From Felis catus (Eukaryota), in NCBI RefSeq assembly GCF_018350175.1, contig NC_058368.1, positions 114,640,001 to 114,704,000 of the forward strand: a stretch of DNA of 64,000 nucleotides. The letters are read 5' to 3'. The notes under the pieces are model-generated. The model saw only the letters and a program-made list of their open reading frames with translations, was not told the DNA's origin and ran no database searches. Below are positions 11,766 through 24,879 of this stretch, one piece after another (within the stretch, counting starts at the first letter, position 1; each line of letters starts with the position of its first letter). A program made the position numbers and the translations under genes.

Positions 11766-13239
11766 TGGAACATGAGTGCCCAGAAGCAGTGCTATTCTCC
11801 TGGCCCCAAATGTTTGGCCGACCCTGCCCCCTATCTCTACCCAGGGTTGGGGAAAGCTATGTTCTTGGGAGTTCCTGCCATATATACTTGGGGGAGATAA
11901 AGGGTGGGCCTGAGGGCTTTGGGAAGTAGTAACAAGGCTGGAGCTGACTCAGCCTCTCTTTCCCATTCTCCACGTCCCCCGAAACCTGAGGGTATCGAAG
12001 AAGCCTAGAAGAGGCGAGGGCCAGTTCTCAAGCCAAGAATCCTTCCAGGAAGAAATCTAACTACTTGCCAGCTGGAGCTGCGATCCTTGGCAGCTTCTGG
12101 GAACACAAGGCAGAGTGGGCAGGAGGCTGGCCTGGTATTTAAGGTTCCCATCCAGACCAAGTCTGTTCCCATTGTGTAGGAGGCCTGAGGTTCTAGGTTC
12201 CTTAGCCCCAGCTCCCTGCTGGTGCACACTCATGGCTGGAGCAATTCTTATGGGTTTATTAGCATCTTCTGCTCTGTGAGAGGCCTTGAGCTGGTCACAA
12301 CAATGTAGACTGTTGAGGACACGGATATGTAGGCTAAAAATTATAACATGGTGTTATATAATATGGACAAGCATGGGGCTCTCTGAGAGCAAGGAGAAGG
12401 ACACCCAACCCCCACAGGAGCTTAGGAAAGATGGAAAAGTTGAGTTGGGAAGGCTAAGTAAGAGTCAACTCAATTGACTTACTTTTTATGTGTGAGCTAG
12501 GGAGGGTGTTGCTGAGTTTTTACCTGGGAGAATGAATGAATGGGTAGATTACTGAATGCAAGCACTACCTTCAGCCCTGATTTGAGTCTTCTGTAAATGG
12601 GTCAGACACTACCAACCATTGGTCATTTGGGTACAATAGATTTGATGTCCTGGAATTCCCAAGCCTTGGATCCTGTCAACTTCTGATCCTCCCAGTCAGG
12701 AACAATGAAGTATATTCTATACCCAGTGTGGTTATCAGCCTTTGAGTGAGGGTGAGGTCTAACCTGCCTCCTCCATTCCTTCTCCCTCTGAGGGTCTCCC
12801 ACACTACTTCTGAAGCCAGGAAAATTCCAGAAGTCTCCTGGCATTAGTCCAATTCTTTCTCTTCTATTCTAGCCCTCAGCCACCAACACTGTTGATCTCT
12901 GCCCTTTCCCATGATACCACACTGCTCAGTCTAGAGCAGGAGCAACCAAGCCACCTTCTCCAGCTAAGGTCACATCCCCATGAGCGTTCTGGCAAAGTTG
13001 CCAGGTCCTGATGGGACAGTATTTGCATTGACACACCTTTTCCCAGCCCCACCTTCCCTTCCCCATCTCACTCTGGCCCCAGAAACACAAGTCTATGCCT
13101 GTAACACAGTCTTAATAATTTCTCACCACAGACTACCAAGGCAAGGGTGGGCATGGGAGGACATGGCAAGAATAAAATATGTAAGAAGGAGCAAAGAAAC
13201 TCTATTCCTTTAAAGCAGAAAATCTTCTATGTTATTACA

Positions 13240-13350
13240 ATGCATTAGAATCATATTCCCAAGCCCCATTCCCAGAGCATCTGATTCTTGAGGTCAGGGT
13301 GGGGGCCTGGACCTGGTCTTGACAACAAGCACGCCAGGCAACTCTGATGT
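13240..13350. mobile_element. MER5A-like hAT DNA transposon fragment
   Basis: GCATTAGAATCA...CCCAGAG..TCTGATTC...GGGTGGGGCC...AACAAGC. Confidence 0.5.
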
Positions 13351-14434
13351 AGAGGGTTTTTAGAGAAATTCTGCCAATATTGCCAGCTAATTTTTATTAG
13401 TCCTGTTACCAGGGTTCCTTTGGATTCTGTCACTTGAAACTCAAGTTTCTCTGCATAGCTGAAATAGGGCAAGACTAAAAAATTGCCGCATTTTATAGTC
13501 CTATAGTATTAAAAAAAAAAAAAGGAAAGTATTTTAACTCCTGCTTCTGTGAGGGAAATCTGAAACCAAGGGCACAGGGTGGTGCTGATAAAAGCTCTAT
13601 CATCATAAAGGCTGAGGTTTAGGAAGGGACCCAGATAGTGTTGAACAATTGATTGCTACCTGGGGACATTGTCTAGGGCTTCAAGGATGTTGAGGACAGA
13701 GGAGTGGGGTGGAAGAAGAGAAAGGGCAGGGAAAACTTGGCCAGCGAAGGATAGGTTTAGATTCTGAATTTTAAAAAGAACCTGGTTTTAAGGACCCTTG
13801 ACCCTTCTTTCTAGAACCTGAGAGGTACTCTTTTCTCTTGAATCAGGAATGTTGAGTCTATGAGGCTTTCCATTTGGAAAGATTCTAAGCACTCAGGCAG
13901 AGTTTAGCCTGGTTGTCAGGCTGAGTTTGAGGTGTGCTTCCTTCTACCTACCCCCCTCTTGGAACCTCCAACTCTAGGAAGCAGGATTGGGTACTAGAGG
14001 ATTAGAGGTAGTTCCTGCAATGTCCCTCTCACTCCCTATCCCTGCTGTTTTCCCTGGTTCAGCCACACTTAGTGTAGTTTGAAAGGCAAGGAGTAAGCAG
14101 AGCAAGATCTCAGTGGTCCTAAAGGACCAATGAGGCCGAGTCTAAAAGAATCAGGCACTGAACAAACAAGGTTTCAACATTTTATCTGTTAGCGTCCAGG
14201 TGCTATTAAGATTTTTGCCCCCAAATAGCAAATCTAGCCCTTCACTGCAGTGAGTTTTCTTTCTATCTCCCTTTTCCCATTACTAGAACCTAGGAAAGCC
14301 TTTTGAGACAAAGCTGACTTGAGAAATTCTCCTCGGTCAAGTTGGCAGCTCAGCTTCTCAGTTGTAAGTAAATCTATTTCATTTCCTTTTTTGGGGAGCT
14401 ATCTCAGACAAGCCTATTCTCCTCAGTGCTTAGG

Positions 14435-15070
14435 TTATTTATTATTATAGCTTTTTTGAGTACAACTGATATACAATAAACTGTACCATTTGATGAAGTC
14501 TTGATGTATGTGTTCACAGGTGAAACCATAACCGCAATTAAGATAATGAACATATCAGAGGTGCCTGCCTGGCTCAGTTGGAAGAGCATGAGGCTCTTGA
14601 TCTTGGGGTCATGAGTTCAAGCCCCATGTTGTGTATAGAGATTATTTAAATAAATAAATAAATACTTAAGAAAAAAAGGTAATGAACACATCCATCACCT
14701 GCAAAACTTTCCTTGTGCCCCTTGGAAATGTTTCCTTCTTCCATCCCTGTCCCCAGGCATCCACTGATCTGCTTTCTTTTGCTGTGTAGATCAGTTTGCA
14801 TTTTCTGGAGTTTCATAGAAATTCACTAATTCTGTATGTACTCATTTGGGTCTTGTTCTTTAACCTAGCATTATTATTTTGCGATTCATCCATGTTATTG
14901 CTTACATAAATAGTTCAATCCTTTTTATTGCTGAGTGGTATTTCGCTCTATGGCTATAGCACAATTTGTTCACCCTTTCACCTGCGGGTGGACATTGGGG
15001 TTGGTTCCCTCTGGGGCTATTATAAACAAAGCTGCTATGAACACCTGAGTACAAGTCTTTGTGTGGATGT
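14435..15070 (-). mobile_element. Old L1 3'-end fragment interrupted by a short Can-SINE (+, 14558-14678)
   Basis: L1 3'UTR-like text (ATTCATCCATGTT, GGACATTGGGGTTG, GCTGCTATGAACA); near-TSD AAG(A/G)TAATGAACA(T/C)ATC around the SINE. Confidence 0.75.
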
Positions 15071-15829
15071 GATCCCATTTACTCCACAGCCCCTGTTCTG
15101 ACTCCTTCTTCCCACCATGTCCCCATTTACTCACCTCCCTCTTACTAGAAGCAATAATCCCCCACCTTCCCCCACACTCACATAGTGAAGGCCCAGCCTT
15201 CTAAAAGAACTGCTTCATTTAATCTTTCCTCACGTAAGCAGAGCCAGCCCTTCATCATTTTTATTGCCCTACTTCAAACTCCCTCTCATTCATTTATACC
15301 TTCTGGTAATGAGACGTCTGGGGCTAAGCAACGTATCCTGTTGCTATTTATTCAGCTTAGCAAATATACATGAATCCTCAGTGATACTTCTCTAAGGTAC
15401 CTGGTAGAGGGTGGGCTACGTATCGATGAGGCACTTCTACCTCTTAAGGAGGAAGGAGCTAAGCTCAAATGGTGTGGGAAGCTGCCCTAGGGTACTAGTC
15501 CTTTGAGGTTATCTGTCCATGTTATTACTATATCCTATGGGCTCTTCCCTGGGTGGGTTTTCTGAAACACAGGCCCCCACTCACTCACTAGTTGTCAAAA
15601 ACACTATCCTACCAAATTCCCACTTCTCAATTCTGAGGTAATGTAACTATAGCTTCTCTTTTTCTCTTCTTTGGGCCTAGGGAGCCTAGAACTGAGGAGC
15701 AGCCTGAGAGTGGAAAGGGCAGCTAAGGCTCTGTGTTCTCAACTCTGATAAATTGGCACTTGTTGCCTTCTGGGGTATGAGTTTGGGTTGGGGTAAGGAG
15801 AGATGGCTTTACTTACTTTAGAAAATTAT

Positions 15830-16329
15830 CTTGGGATGCCTGTGTGGCTCAGTCGGTTAAGCGTCAGACTTCAGCTCAGGTCATGATCTCATGAACCTGG
15901 AGATCATGACCTGAGCCAAACATTTAACCGACTAAGCCACCCAGGAGCCCCAAGTAACCAACTCTTGATTTCACTTCAGGTCTCACCATCGTGAAATCAA
16001 GCCCCAAGTCAGGATCTGCATTGACAGCACAGAGCCTGCTTAGGATTCTCTGTCTCCCTCTCTCTCTGTCCCTCCCCTGCTTACACTCACAATCCACTCT
16101 CAAAATAAGTGAATAAACTTAAAAAAGAAAAAAAAAAGTAAAGACTATCATTAAAAAAAATATCTTTTTTAAGGGTGCCTGGGTGGCTCAGACGGTTAAG
16201 CATCTAACTTTGGCTCAGGTCATGATCTCACAGTTTGTGAGTTTGTGAGTTTGAGCCCCATGTCTGGCTGTATGCTTACAGCTCGGAGCCTGGAGCCTGC
16301 TTCGGATTCTGTGTCTCCCTCTCTCTCTG

Positions 16330-16364
<35 letters not shown>

Positions 16365-16392
16365 AATAAACATTAAAAAAATTTTAAAAAAA
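15830..16392 (+). mobile_element. Can-SINE cluster: fold-back SINE heads (15830-15955), SINE 3' body (to about 16140), full SINE 16173-16392
   Basis: Heads GGGTGGCTCAG, (CT)n, A tails. Confidence 0.88.
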
Positions 16393-17729
16393 TCTTTTCT
16401 TTCCCTGTCTTTGAGTGCCCATTCTCCAGGTGGGCTTTGCAGTGTTAATTCTACCCTACAGATCTGTCCTCCATCCTTATGGGTATACATCTTGGGTCCT
16501 CTCTCCTGCCACCTGCCTTGGCCTGTGCTCTGACAAGATCCTCTGCTCGGAGGACACAGCCCTCTAAGATTGTGATGCTGATTTGCAAGCTGGAGGCCTA
16601 AGAGCAGGCCTTACGGTAGTGGGGGTGTAGGTCTTCCTAAGACTTGCACTTAGGGACTCATTTTGAAGGAAGGGACTTTAAAAATCTGAGGAGGCAAATG
16701 CATGGAAATGAGTTTCTGCTGGAGTGTCTTGTCCCATCTCTGTGACCCAGGTAAATCAGTCTGCCCACCTGGGTTAGAGTGCCTCCTCACTTCCCAAACA
16801 AACCTGGAAGTCGAGTTGCCACAGAACCACCCACAGTGGGTGCGCTCCTTAGAGAAAATGATTTTAGCCTTCTCTGAAACTCTTTTCTCCTTAGAACCAA
16901 CTTCTCACCCTAGAATCTTTTCAGATCCAATAACCAGACTCCTGAGAACCAAACTGTACTTCATTTATTCAACAAATTGGTGAAACATCTACTAATGCTA
17001 CCTGGGAGCATCTCCCAGGGGTCTGAGAAGAAGAGAAACAAATCCATCCCAGCCTGCCAACCACGTGTGACTCTCTTTAGAACCAATTTTGGGTTCCCTC
17101 AAACTGGCTTCTCAGACACAGTGAATAACCTCCAGCTTTCTTATCAGAACCAATTTTCAGTCATCTCAACACCAATTGTTCATCTCAAACTGTGTTCTCA
17201 GAACCACCTCTTCACTATTCTCAGGTCCACCTGACTTAATAATCCTTCCCAAATCAGTGATGAGGCTAGCAGTACCTTGGTGAGTGTTCCCAATCGTCTA
17301 TGAATGATATAAACACAACTTTATGATTGCCCCCAAGTCTCTATAAAACAGAAACCCTGAAGTGGTAACTGCTTCCAGTCCTATTTCAGCAGCTTCAGAA
17401 TTTCATTCCCTCAGATTTGTGATGACTCCCCGGAATTATCTCCTCAGAACCATATTTCTTTCTCTTCAAAGCCAGATTTCATTTTTGGCTAATGAGACTG
17501 CCAAGGTCCTTAGAATTTTCTTCTCAGAAGCATGTTGGTTCTATCCAGAAACACTTTTTTCAACGTCCTCAGACCCAACTGTCAGGCTTCATAAAGCTGT
17601 TCTTTTTAAGTTATTCACCCATGTACCACTGTCTTATGGGAAAATGTGTATTTTCTTCTTTTTAAAATAAAACAAATTTTCTTCCTGATTACAAATATAC
17701 TCATTGTGAGGAATACAGAAAGTCTTACC

Positions 17730-18130
17730 TTTTTCACTTTGACCACGAAACTCACACACTGGTGGAAGGAAGATAAACTGGTATAAGCTGTCCCGAGGGC
17801 AATTCAACAATGTGCACCAACAGCCTTATAAAAGTTCATGCCCTCTGACCTAGCAATTCTTCCAGGAGTGCTGTTAATTACAGTATTTTTGGTAATGGAG
17901 AAAAACTGGGAACAACATAAATGGCCAAGAGATGATGGCTGAAATAAATTGTTATCTGAGGGGCTATCATTATAAATCATGTTCTAAAATAATTATTAAC
18001 CTGAAAAAAATGCCTACAATATAATTTTAAGTGATAAAATAATGTATAAAACTTTATATGGCATGATTTCAGTTTTATAAAATATACACATGTGCACACA
18101 CATACATCAAATGTTAACGGTTGTTACTTC
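17730..18130 (+). mobile_element. Old L1 (L1ME-like) fragment
   Basis: CACTGGTGG..ATAAACTGGTA...CCCTCTGACCTAGCAATTC...AAAAACTGGGAACAAC. Confidence 0.55.
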
Positions 18131-18134
18131 TTTG

Positions 18135-19170
18135 TAAGTTTATTTATTTATTTTTGAGAGAGAGGGAGAGAGCACAAGAGAGGGAGAGGCAGAGAGAGGG
18201 AGAGAGAGAATCCTAAGCAGGTTCCCTGCTGTCAGAGAGGAGGCTCAAAACAAACTGTGAAATCATGACCTGAATTGAAAGCAAGAGTCAAATGCTTGAC
18301 CAAATGAGCCACCCAGGTGCCCCAATTCTGATGGGTTTATGGAAACTTTTTATTTCATTTTTATACTTTTCCTTATTTTTCAAGTAAGTAGGTATTTTTT
18401 TAAGTTCATTTATTTGTTGAGAAAGAGACAGAGAGAGCAGAGGAGGGGCAGAGATAGAATCCCAAGCAGGCTTCGCGCTGTCAGCACAGAGCCCGATGTA
18501 GGGCTAAGTCTCATGAACTGTGAGATCATGACCTGAGCCAAAATCAAGAGTTGGATTCTTTTTTTTTTTTTAATTTTTTTTAACATTTATTTATTTTTGA
18601 GACAGAGAGAGAGCATGAACAGGGAGGGTCAGAGAAAGAGGGAGACACAGAATCCGAAACAGGCTCCAGGCTCTGAGCTGTCAGCACAGAGCCCAACGCG
18701 GGGCTCGAACCCACGGACCGTGAGATCATGACCTGAGCCGAAGTCAGACGCTTAACCGACTGAGCCACCCAGGCGCCCCAAGAGTTGGATTCTCAATTGA
18801 CTGAGCCACCCAGGTGCTTCTGAGCAGAAGAAAATCATTCTAGGGGTGCCTGACTGGCTCAGTCAATAGAACTTGAGACTCCCGATCTCAGGATAATGAG
18901 TTCAAGCCCCATCTTGGTCATACAGCTTGCTTAAAAACCAAAAGAAAACAAAACAAAACAAAATATTGTATGCCTTAAACTTTCACAGTGTTATATATAC
19001 ATATCAATTGCATCTTAAGAAAGCTGGTAAAAATGTAAAAAAGACGGGCACCTAGCTGGTTCAGTACGTAGAGCCATACATCTCTTGATTTCTGAGTTGT
19101 GAGTTCAAGCCCCATGTTGGGTGTAGAGATTACTTAAAAATAAAATCTTTGAAAAAAAGGGAAAAAAGGA
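18135..19170. mobile_element. Dense Can-SINE cluster: - copies at 18135-18323 and 18395-18820 (with a nested young copy at 18560-18779); + short copies at 18843-18962 and 19046-19170
   Basis: Multiple heads and tails; 14-bp TSD AAGAGTTGGATTCT around the nested copy. Confidence 0.9.
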
Positions 19171-19615
19171 AAATCATTCCATTTATGAAAGAAAATGAAA
19201 AAAATAAGACTAAGAAAATAATTATTTTTTAGAATCTGGTGTGATGTACAGGTCTTCATGAAGGTCCTCTGATAGAGTATTCTCTCCCCCTGCAGTGATC
19301 TGCCCCTTCATTTGTAAGGTGTTAAAGAAGAGTGTTAAAGAAAAAAGAAAGATTTTCTAGAGATTTAGGGCTCTAGGTCCTTTACTATGTGGACATAAGT
19401 TGGCTGTTTCCCTGTAGGTGGGTCATCTATTGGGACTGACAGGATGGAAATACCAGAGAGCTGCTACTGGCTTCTAAATTTGAGGGATGTAGGTTTTTTA
19501 AAAATCAGGAATGGTTGTGATTTTATTAACTCTCTGAGCTCTCTCAACTATGTCTTAGAGAACTCTTGAGATCTTAACCCACCATTGAATATCTCTACCC
19601 CCATTTCTTCCCCCC

Positions 19616-20339
19616 CTTTTTTTAAATTTTATTTTTTATTTTTTAAAATTGACATCCAAATTATTTAGCATCTAGTGTAACAATGATTTCAGGAGTAGAT
19701 TCCTTAGTGCCCCTTACCCATTTAGCCCATCCCCCCCCCACAACCTCTCCAGTAACCTTCAGTTTGTTCTCCATATTTATGAGTCTCTTCTGGTTTGTCT
19801 CCCTCCCTGGTTTTGTGTTATTTTTGTTTCCCTTCCCTTATGTTCATCTGTTTTGTCTCCTAAAGTCCTCATATGAGTGAAGTCGTATGATTTTTGTCTT
19901 TCTCTGACTAATTTCACTTAGCATAATACCCTCCAGTTCCATCCACGTAATTGCAAATGGCAAGATTTCATTCTTTTTGATTGCCAAGTAATACTCCGTT
20001 GTGTATATATACCACATCTTCTTTATCCATTTATCCATCGATGGACATTTGGGCTCTTTCCATACTTTGGCTATTGTTGATAGTGCTGCTATAAACATGA
20101 GGGTGCATGTGTCCCTTCGAAACAGCACACCTGTATCCCATGAATAAATGCTTAGTAGTGCAATTGCTGGGTCGTAGGGTAGTTCTATTTTTAGTTTTTT
20201 GAGGAAACTCCATACTGTTTTCCAGAGTGGCTGTACCAGCTTGCATTCCCACCAACAATGCAAAAGAGATCCTCTTTATCCGCATCCTCACCAGCAACTG
20301 TTGTTGCTTGAGTTGTTAATGTTAGCCGTTCTAACAGGT
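19616..20339 (-). mobile_element. 5'-truncated, relatively young carnivore L1 (ORF2 C-terminus + 3'UTR + A-rich tail)
   Basis: ORF 19844-20263 [17 protein letters not shown]...ELPYDPAI...MFIAALSTIAK..W..PKCPS..WIKKMWYIYT.EYY is the L1 ORF2 C-terminal domain; TSD-like TTCCCCCCCTTTTT on both sides. Confidence 0.95.
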
Positions 20340-20352
20340 TTATTTCCCCCCC

Positions 20353-20512
20353 TTTTTTTTGAGGGAGTGAGAGAGAAAGAGGGAGAAAATCTCAAGCAGG
20401 CCCCACCCTCAGCGTGGAGCTTCATGCAGGGCTTGATCCCACAACCCTGGGATCATGACCTGAGCCAAAATCAAGAGCCAGAGGCACAACCAACTGAGCT
20501 ACCCAAGGGCCC
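20353..20512 (-). mobile_element. Can-SINE
   Basis: GATCATGACCTGAGCCAAAATCAAGAG core. Confidence 0.85.
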
Positions 20513-21449
20513 ATTCCCACTTCTAATATACAATTCATGCATACCACTAAGCTCAGAGCCTTTCTCTTAAATTTCTTTCTTCTACTTATTACTGAGTTGA
20601 TATTAACCAGGTGATCTTGTTAGTTATTCTTGGATCAGACTGCTTGCTTTGTTGTGTCCTAACTTAGTAGGCACGTAAAGGGACAAGTGCAGGTCTGGGT
20701 AACTGGGCTATCCAAAGTCTATGCTGCTCCTTCAGCCCCCGTCTGTTGTCCAAAAAACATTTATCAAATACCTACTTTATGTCAGACCCTGAACATGTAG
20801 AGATAAACAATATAGAGTCTGGGGCAGCACAGAGTTGGGTGTGGGGGAGATTTAAACATAAATAATACCTTACAGTGTGATGTATCAGAAGCACGTACAG
20901 AACAGGGAATGGCTAATTCTGTCGAAGAGAAGGAGACATGTGTAAAGGGTGTGAAAGAAAGATTGGGAGTTCACAGAAGGATTTGCAGGCAAGGATTTAA
21001 AGGCAAGGGAGTCAGTATGTTCAGAAACCAGTGAATTACTGGTGGCCAGGAATCAAGGAGAGGAGGGTGAGGAAACAAGGCTGGAAAGGCAGGTCAGGAC
21101 CAGATTTGGAAGCTTGTACTTTTCCTAGAGGCAACAAGGAGTCAGGTGTTGTTAGAGGGAAGATCAACAACTTAGTATGACTGTGTTTCTTGGTGTATGA
21201 AAGGCTATACCACTTCCTGGCTCCTTGGGAGGGTCCTGGTGCCCTTGCAATTTAGTTATTGCAATAATAACAGTAGTGATTACAATGATTTGGGCTGGTC
21301 ACTTCAGATTGTGCATATGTTCTTTAATTTCAGCTTTTAATAAAGTAGGAGTCATCTCAAATTCAACTATTCAATCTCAGCCCATTTTCCTTCAAAGAAG
21401 ATAGACTTTCTAAATATACTCCAATTTAATGGATAATCCAAGCCTCATA

Positions 21450-21778
21450 TATATTTTTTAAGATTTTATTTCTTAAAGCAATCTCTACACCCAGTATGGG
21501 GCTGGAAATCACAACCCTCAAAGAGTTGTATGCTCTACCGAGTGAGCCAGCCAGGTGCCCCGTAATTCTCATATTTTTTAAGTTTTTAAACATTCACAAA
21601 AGTAGGAGAGAATAGTGTAATAAACCTCTCTGTATCTATCAAGTAGTTCAACAACTGTCATTTCACAGGTGGTCTAGTTTTGTCTCTACCACCCTCCTCT
21701 ACCAGCACACACTGGATTGTTTTGAAGCAAATTCTGGACATTATATAATTTCATGTGTAAATACTTTAGTGTATTTAG

Positions 21779-21826
<48 letters not shown>

Positions 21827-22290
21827 CACACACACATATATATGTATATATATACATATACATGTATGTATATATATATTTAAGTTCATTTATTTATTTT
21901 TGAGAGAGAGAGAGAGAGAGAGAGAGCACACGTGAGCAGAGGAGGGGCAGAGAGAGAGAGGGAGAGAGTGAATGCCAAGCAGGCTCCCAAAGCGGGGCTC
22001 AGTCCCATGAACCATGAGATCATGACCTGAGCCAAAATCAAGAGTTGGACACTTAACTGAGCTACCCAGGTGCCCCACTTAGCATAATGTTTTTAAGGTT
22101 CATTCCTGTTACACTATTCATCAATACTTCATATCTGTTTTTTGGCTGAATAATATTCCATTGTATGAATATACCACATTTTTGTTTATCGATTCATCAG
22201 TGGGTGGATGTTTGGATTGTTTCCACTTTTGCCTATTACAAATAATGCTAATGCTATGAACATTATGTACAGATTTCTATGTGAATATGT
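21450..22290 (-). mobile_element. Old L1 fragments with inserted Can-SINEs (21455-21561, 21876-22076) and a compound (TA)/(TG)/(CA) microsatellite at 21779-21879
   Basis: SINE cores; GGCTGAATAATATTCCATTGTATGAATATACCACA L1 motif. Confidence 0.75.
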
Positions 22291-22531
22291 TTTTAGTTCT
22301 CTTGGGTGGTCTCTTTTTGTGATGTTAAAAATAATTGGTGGGCTTAAGTATTATTGGTATTATAAAGTTCCTTCATTCTTTGACCCAATAGAATCCCTGA
22401 TGATTGATGATCCTTGTCTAAATCCTTACCCCACAGAGGTTACAAAATGGTGATTTTATTATTCTGTCATTCCATTTGCACTTATTAGCCAAAATTTGAC
22501 AATAAAGACTTTAGACTAAATCAAGTTGTTA

Positions 22532-24007
22532 AGGGTTCCTTGGCTAGTTCAGTCAGTAGACCATACAACTCTTGATCTCGGGGTTATGAGTTTGAGCCTC
22601 GCATTGGGGTAGAATTTTATTAATTAAAAAAATTTTTTTTAAACTTTATTTATTTTGAGAAAGAGAGACGGAGTGTGAGCAGGGGAGGAGCTGAGGGGAG
22701 GGAGACACAGAATCAGAAGCAGGCCCTAGGCCCTGAGCTGTCAGCTCAGAGCCCAAACCAACGAACCGTGAGATCACAACCTGAGTCAAAGTCCCAACCG
22801 ACTGAGCCTCCCAGGCACCCCTAGAATTTTATTAACTAAAAAAAAAAAAAAAAACATAGCTGTTAAAAAAAAAAAAAGGTCAGGATAAATACTTGCCTGT
22901 TTTCTTTCTTTTATCAAATAATGATATTTTATAATTTCCTGTATGGAATCTTAGTAATTTCTGGATCCCTACATGGTCAAGTCTCTAGGTGGAGTTACAA
23001 ATAAAGAATTATAATCCTGGGGGCGCCTGAGTGGCTGGTTGGTTGAGGGTCTGACTTCGGCTCAGGTCATGATCTCGTGGTTCACGGGTTTGAGCACTGC
23101 ATCAAGCTCTAGGGTGACAGCTTGGAGCCTGGAGCCTGCTTGGGATTCTGTGTCTCCCTCTCTCTACCCCTCCCCTACTCGTACTCTGTCTCTGTCTCTC
23201 TCTCAAAAATAAATAAAACATTAAAAAAAAAGAATTATAGTCCTGGAGCCAGAGAACAAAAATGGTATTTCAATCTCTACTTGAGGAATTACAGGGGATC
23301 CATTTAATTCTCCACAGTGACCCTTGATAAAATTCCTCCTAGTTTTCCTTTTGCAACCCATCTCTTTGTCTCCTTCCCTTGTTCTTTTTTTTTTAAGTTT
23401 ATTTATTTTGAGAGAGAGCGAGAGAGCATAGGCATACTTGTGCATGAGCTGGGGAGGAGCAGAGAAAGAGGGAGAGAGAGAATGCCAAGCAACTTTCATG
23501 CTCAGCATCGAGCCAGACAGGGCTCAATCCCACCGCCTTGAGATTATGACCTGAGCTAACCTCAAGAGTCAGATACTCAACCGACTGAGCCACCCAGGTG
23601 CCCCACCTTGTTCTTTATTATACAGATCAATTTAGCCTCTCTGCCCCAATTTTTCCTTCTCCCAGCCTCTCAGGCTCTACATCTCATTCTCTGTCTCTAA
23701 CCAGTAATGACCCCCTTCCCTTCCCTAGCATTTGCGATTCTACATTTTAAAAGATCCAGGAATTGGTCTGGCAAAGACCAAACTTTATTTATTTACAAAT
23801 TTTTTTTTAATGTTCATTATTTTTGAGTGAGAGAGACAGAGCATGAGTGGGGGAGGGGCAAAGAGAGAGGGAGACACAGAAACAGAAGCAGGCTCCAGGT
23901 TCTGAGTTGTCAGTACAGAGCCTGATGCAGGGCTTGAACCCACAAACTGTGAGATCATGACCTGAGCTGAAGTCTGACGTTTAACCAACTGAGCCACCCA
24001 GGTGCCC
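22532..24007. mobile_element. Can-SINE cluster: + 22532-22620; - 22631-22821 (TSD TAGAATTTTATTAA); + 23019-23232; - 23385-23604; - 23784-24007
   Basis: Heads, cores, tails and TSDs visible. Confidence 0.9.
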
Positions 24008-24879
24008 AAGATCCAACTCTTTAAACTAGAAAGTGGGATAGGATTCTAAACTGTAAAACATTTCGTGGATGGGTAAGAGGAGAGAAAAAAATGGAGGAAC
24101 ATTCATACTAATAAGTCTTATTATCTTCACGTGTATTTTCTGCAGTGAACATGCATAAAAAAGACATAAATGGAATAAAAAATACATAAAAATATTTTAA
24201 ACATAAAAGAGATGATAGGGAAGGAAATGAGTACTATATTTTCTCACTTTCCAGTTCCCCTTCCTCTCTAGATAGACTGACTGCTGCATCCTTGACATTC
24301 CAGGGAAAGTGAAGTGGAACCTTTTCTCTGACTCAGGATTTCAAGTGTTTCCCACCCCCACAGCCCTGCAGCATGGGTGGGAGTGGTGGAGTTGGCTCCT
24401 GTAACAGGCAGAGGAGCCTTTGGGAGAGGCCCCAGGGAGCCCGCCTAGCTGGAGAGGCTGCCACTCTGTGGTCTCCCTGATTGATTGCTGGGTTCTCCAG
24501 ACTCTTCTCCAAAAAGCACCTCCCTTGGGCATTAAGGAGCCCTCCTGAGGGCTGTTCAATTTATGTTTTTGCATCTCTTCCGGAAATGTCAAGGCGTGGG
24601 GAAGGTAGAGAAGCCCTCTCAAGGTTCCTTCTTGCCTTGGGAATCTGGATTGAATGTAATGAGAGCCCTATGACACAGGGCCCATGTTACCCTGGCCCAT
24701 CTGTCTAGACCCTAGAAATACTCTGGTGGCAAGTCTGAACTAAAGCAAGCGAACATTCTTGGCCAGGTTTTTTGCCTGTGTGGCCAGCACTACAGAAATG
24801 TAGGTGTGGGCAGATTTTTGTGGTTTCAGCCTATGTGAGAAGGAGCCCTGGAAGATGTGGAGAAGCCTTGGTGTCAGCA

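Noticed and set aside
18580..18768. Recurrent small ORFs MAQSVKRLTSAQVMIS... (also 23785, 34112, 36283, 47926)
   Set aside because: Translations of the Can-SINE consensus, not a gene family
18700..18779. tRNA-like A/B-box sequence (GGTGGCTCAGTCGG...GGTTCGAGCC)
   Set aside because: tRNA-derived SINE head continuing into a SINE body and tail; not a tRNA gene
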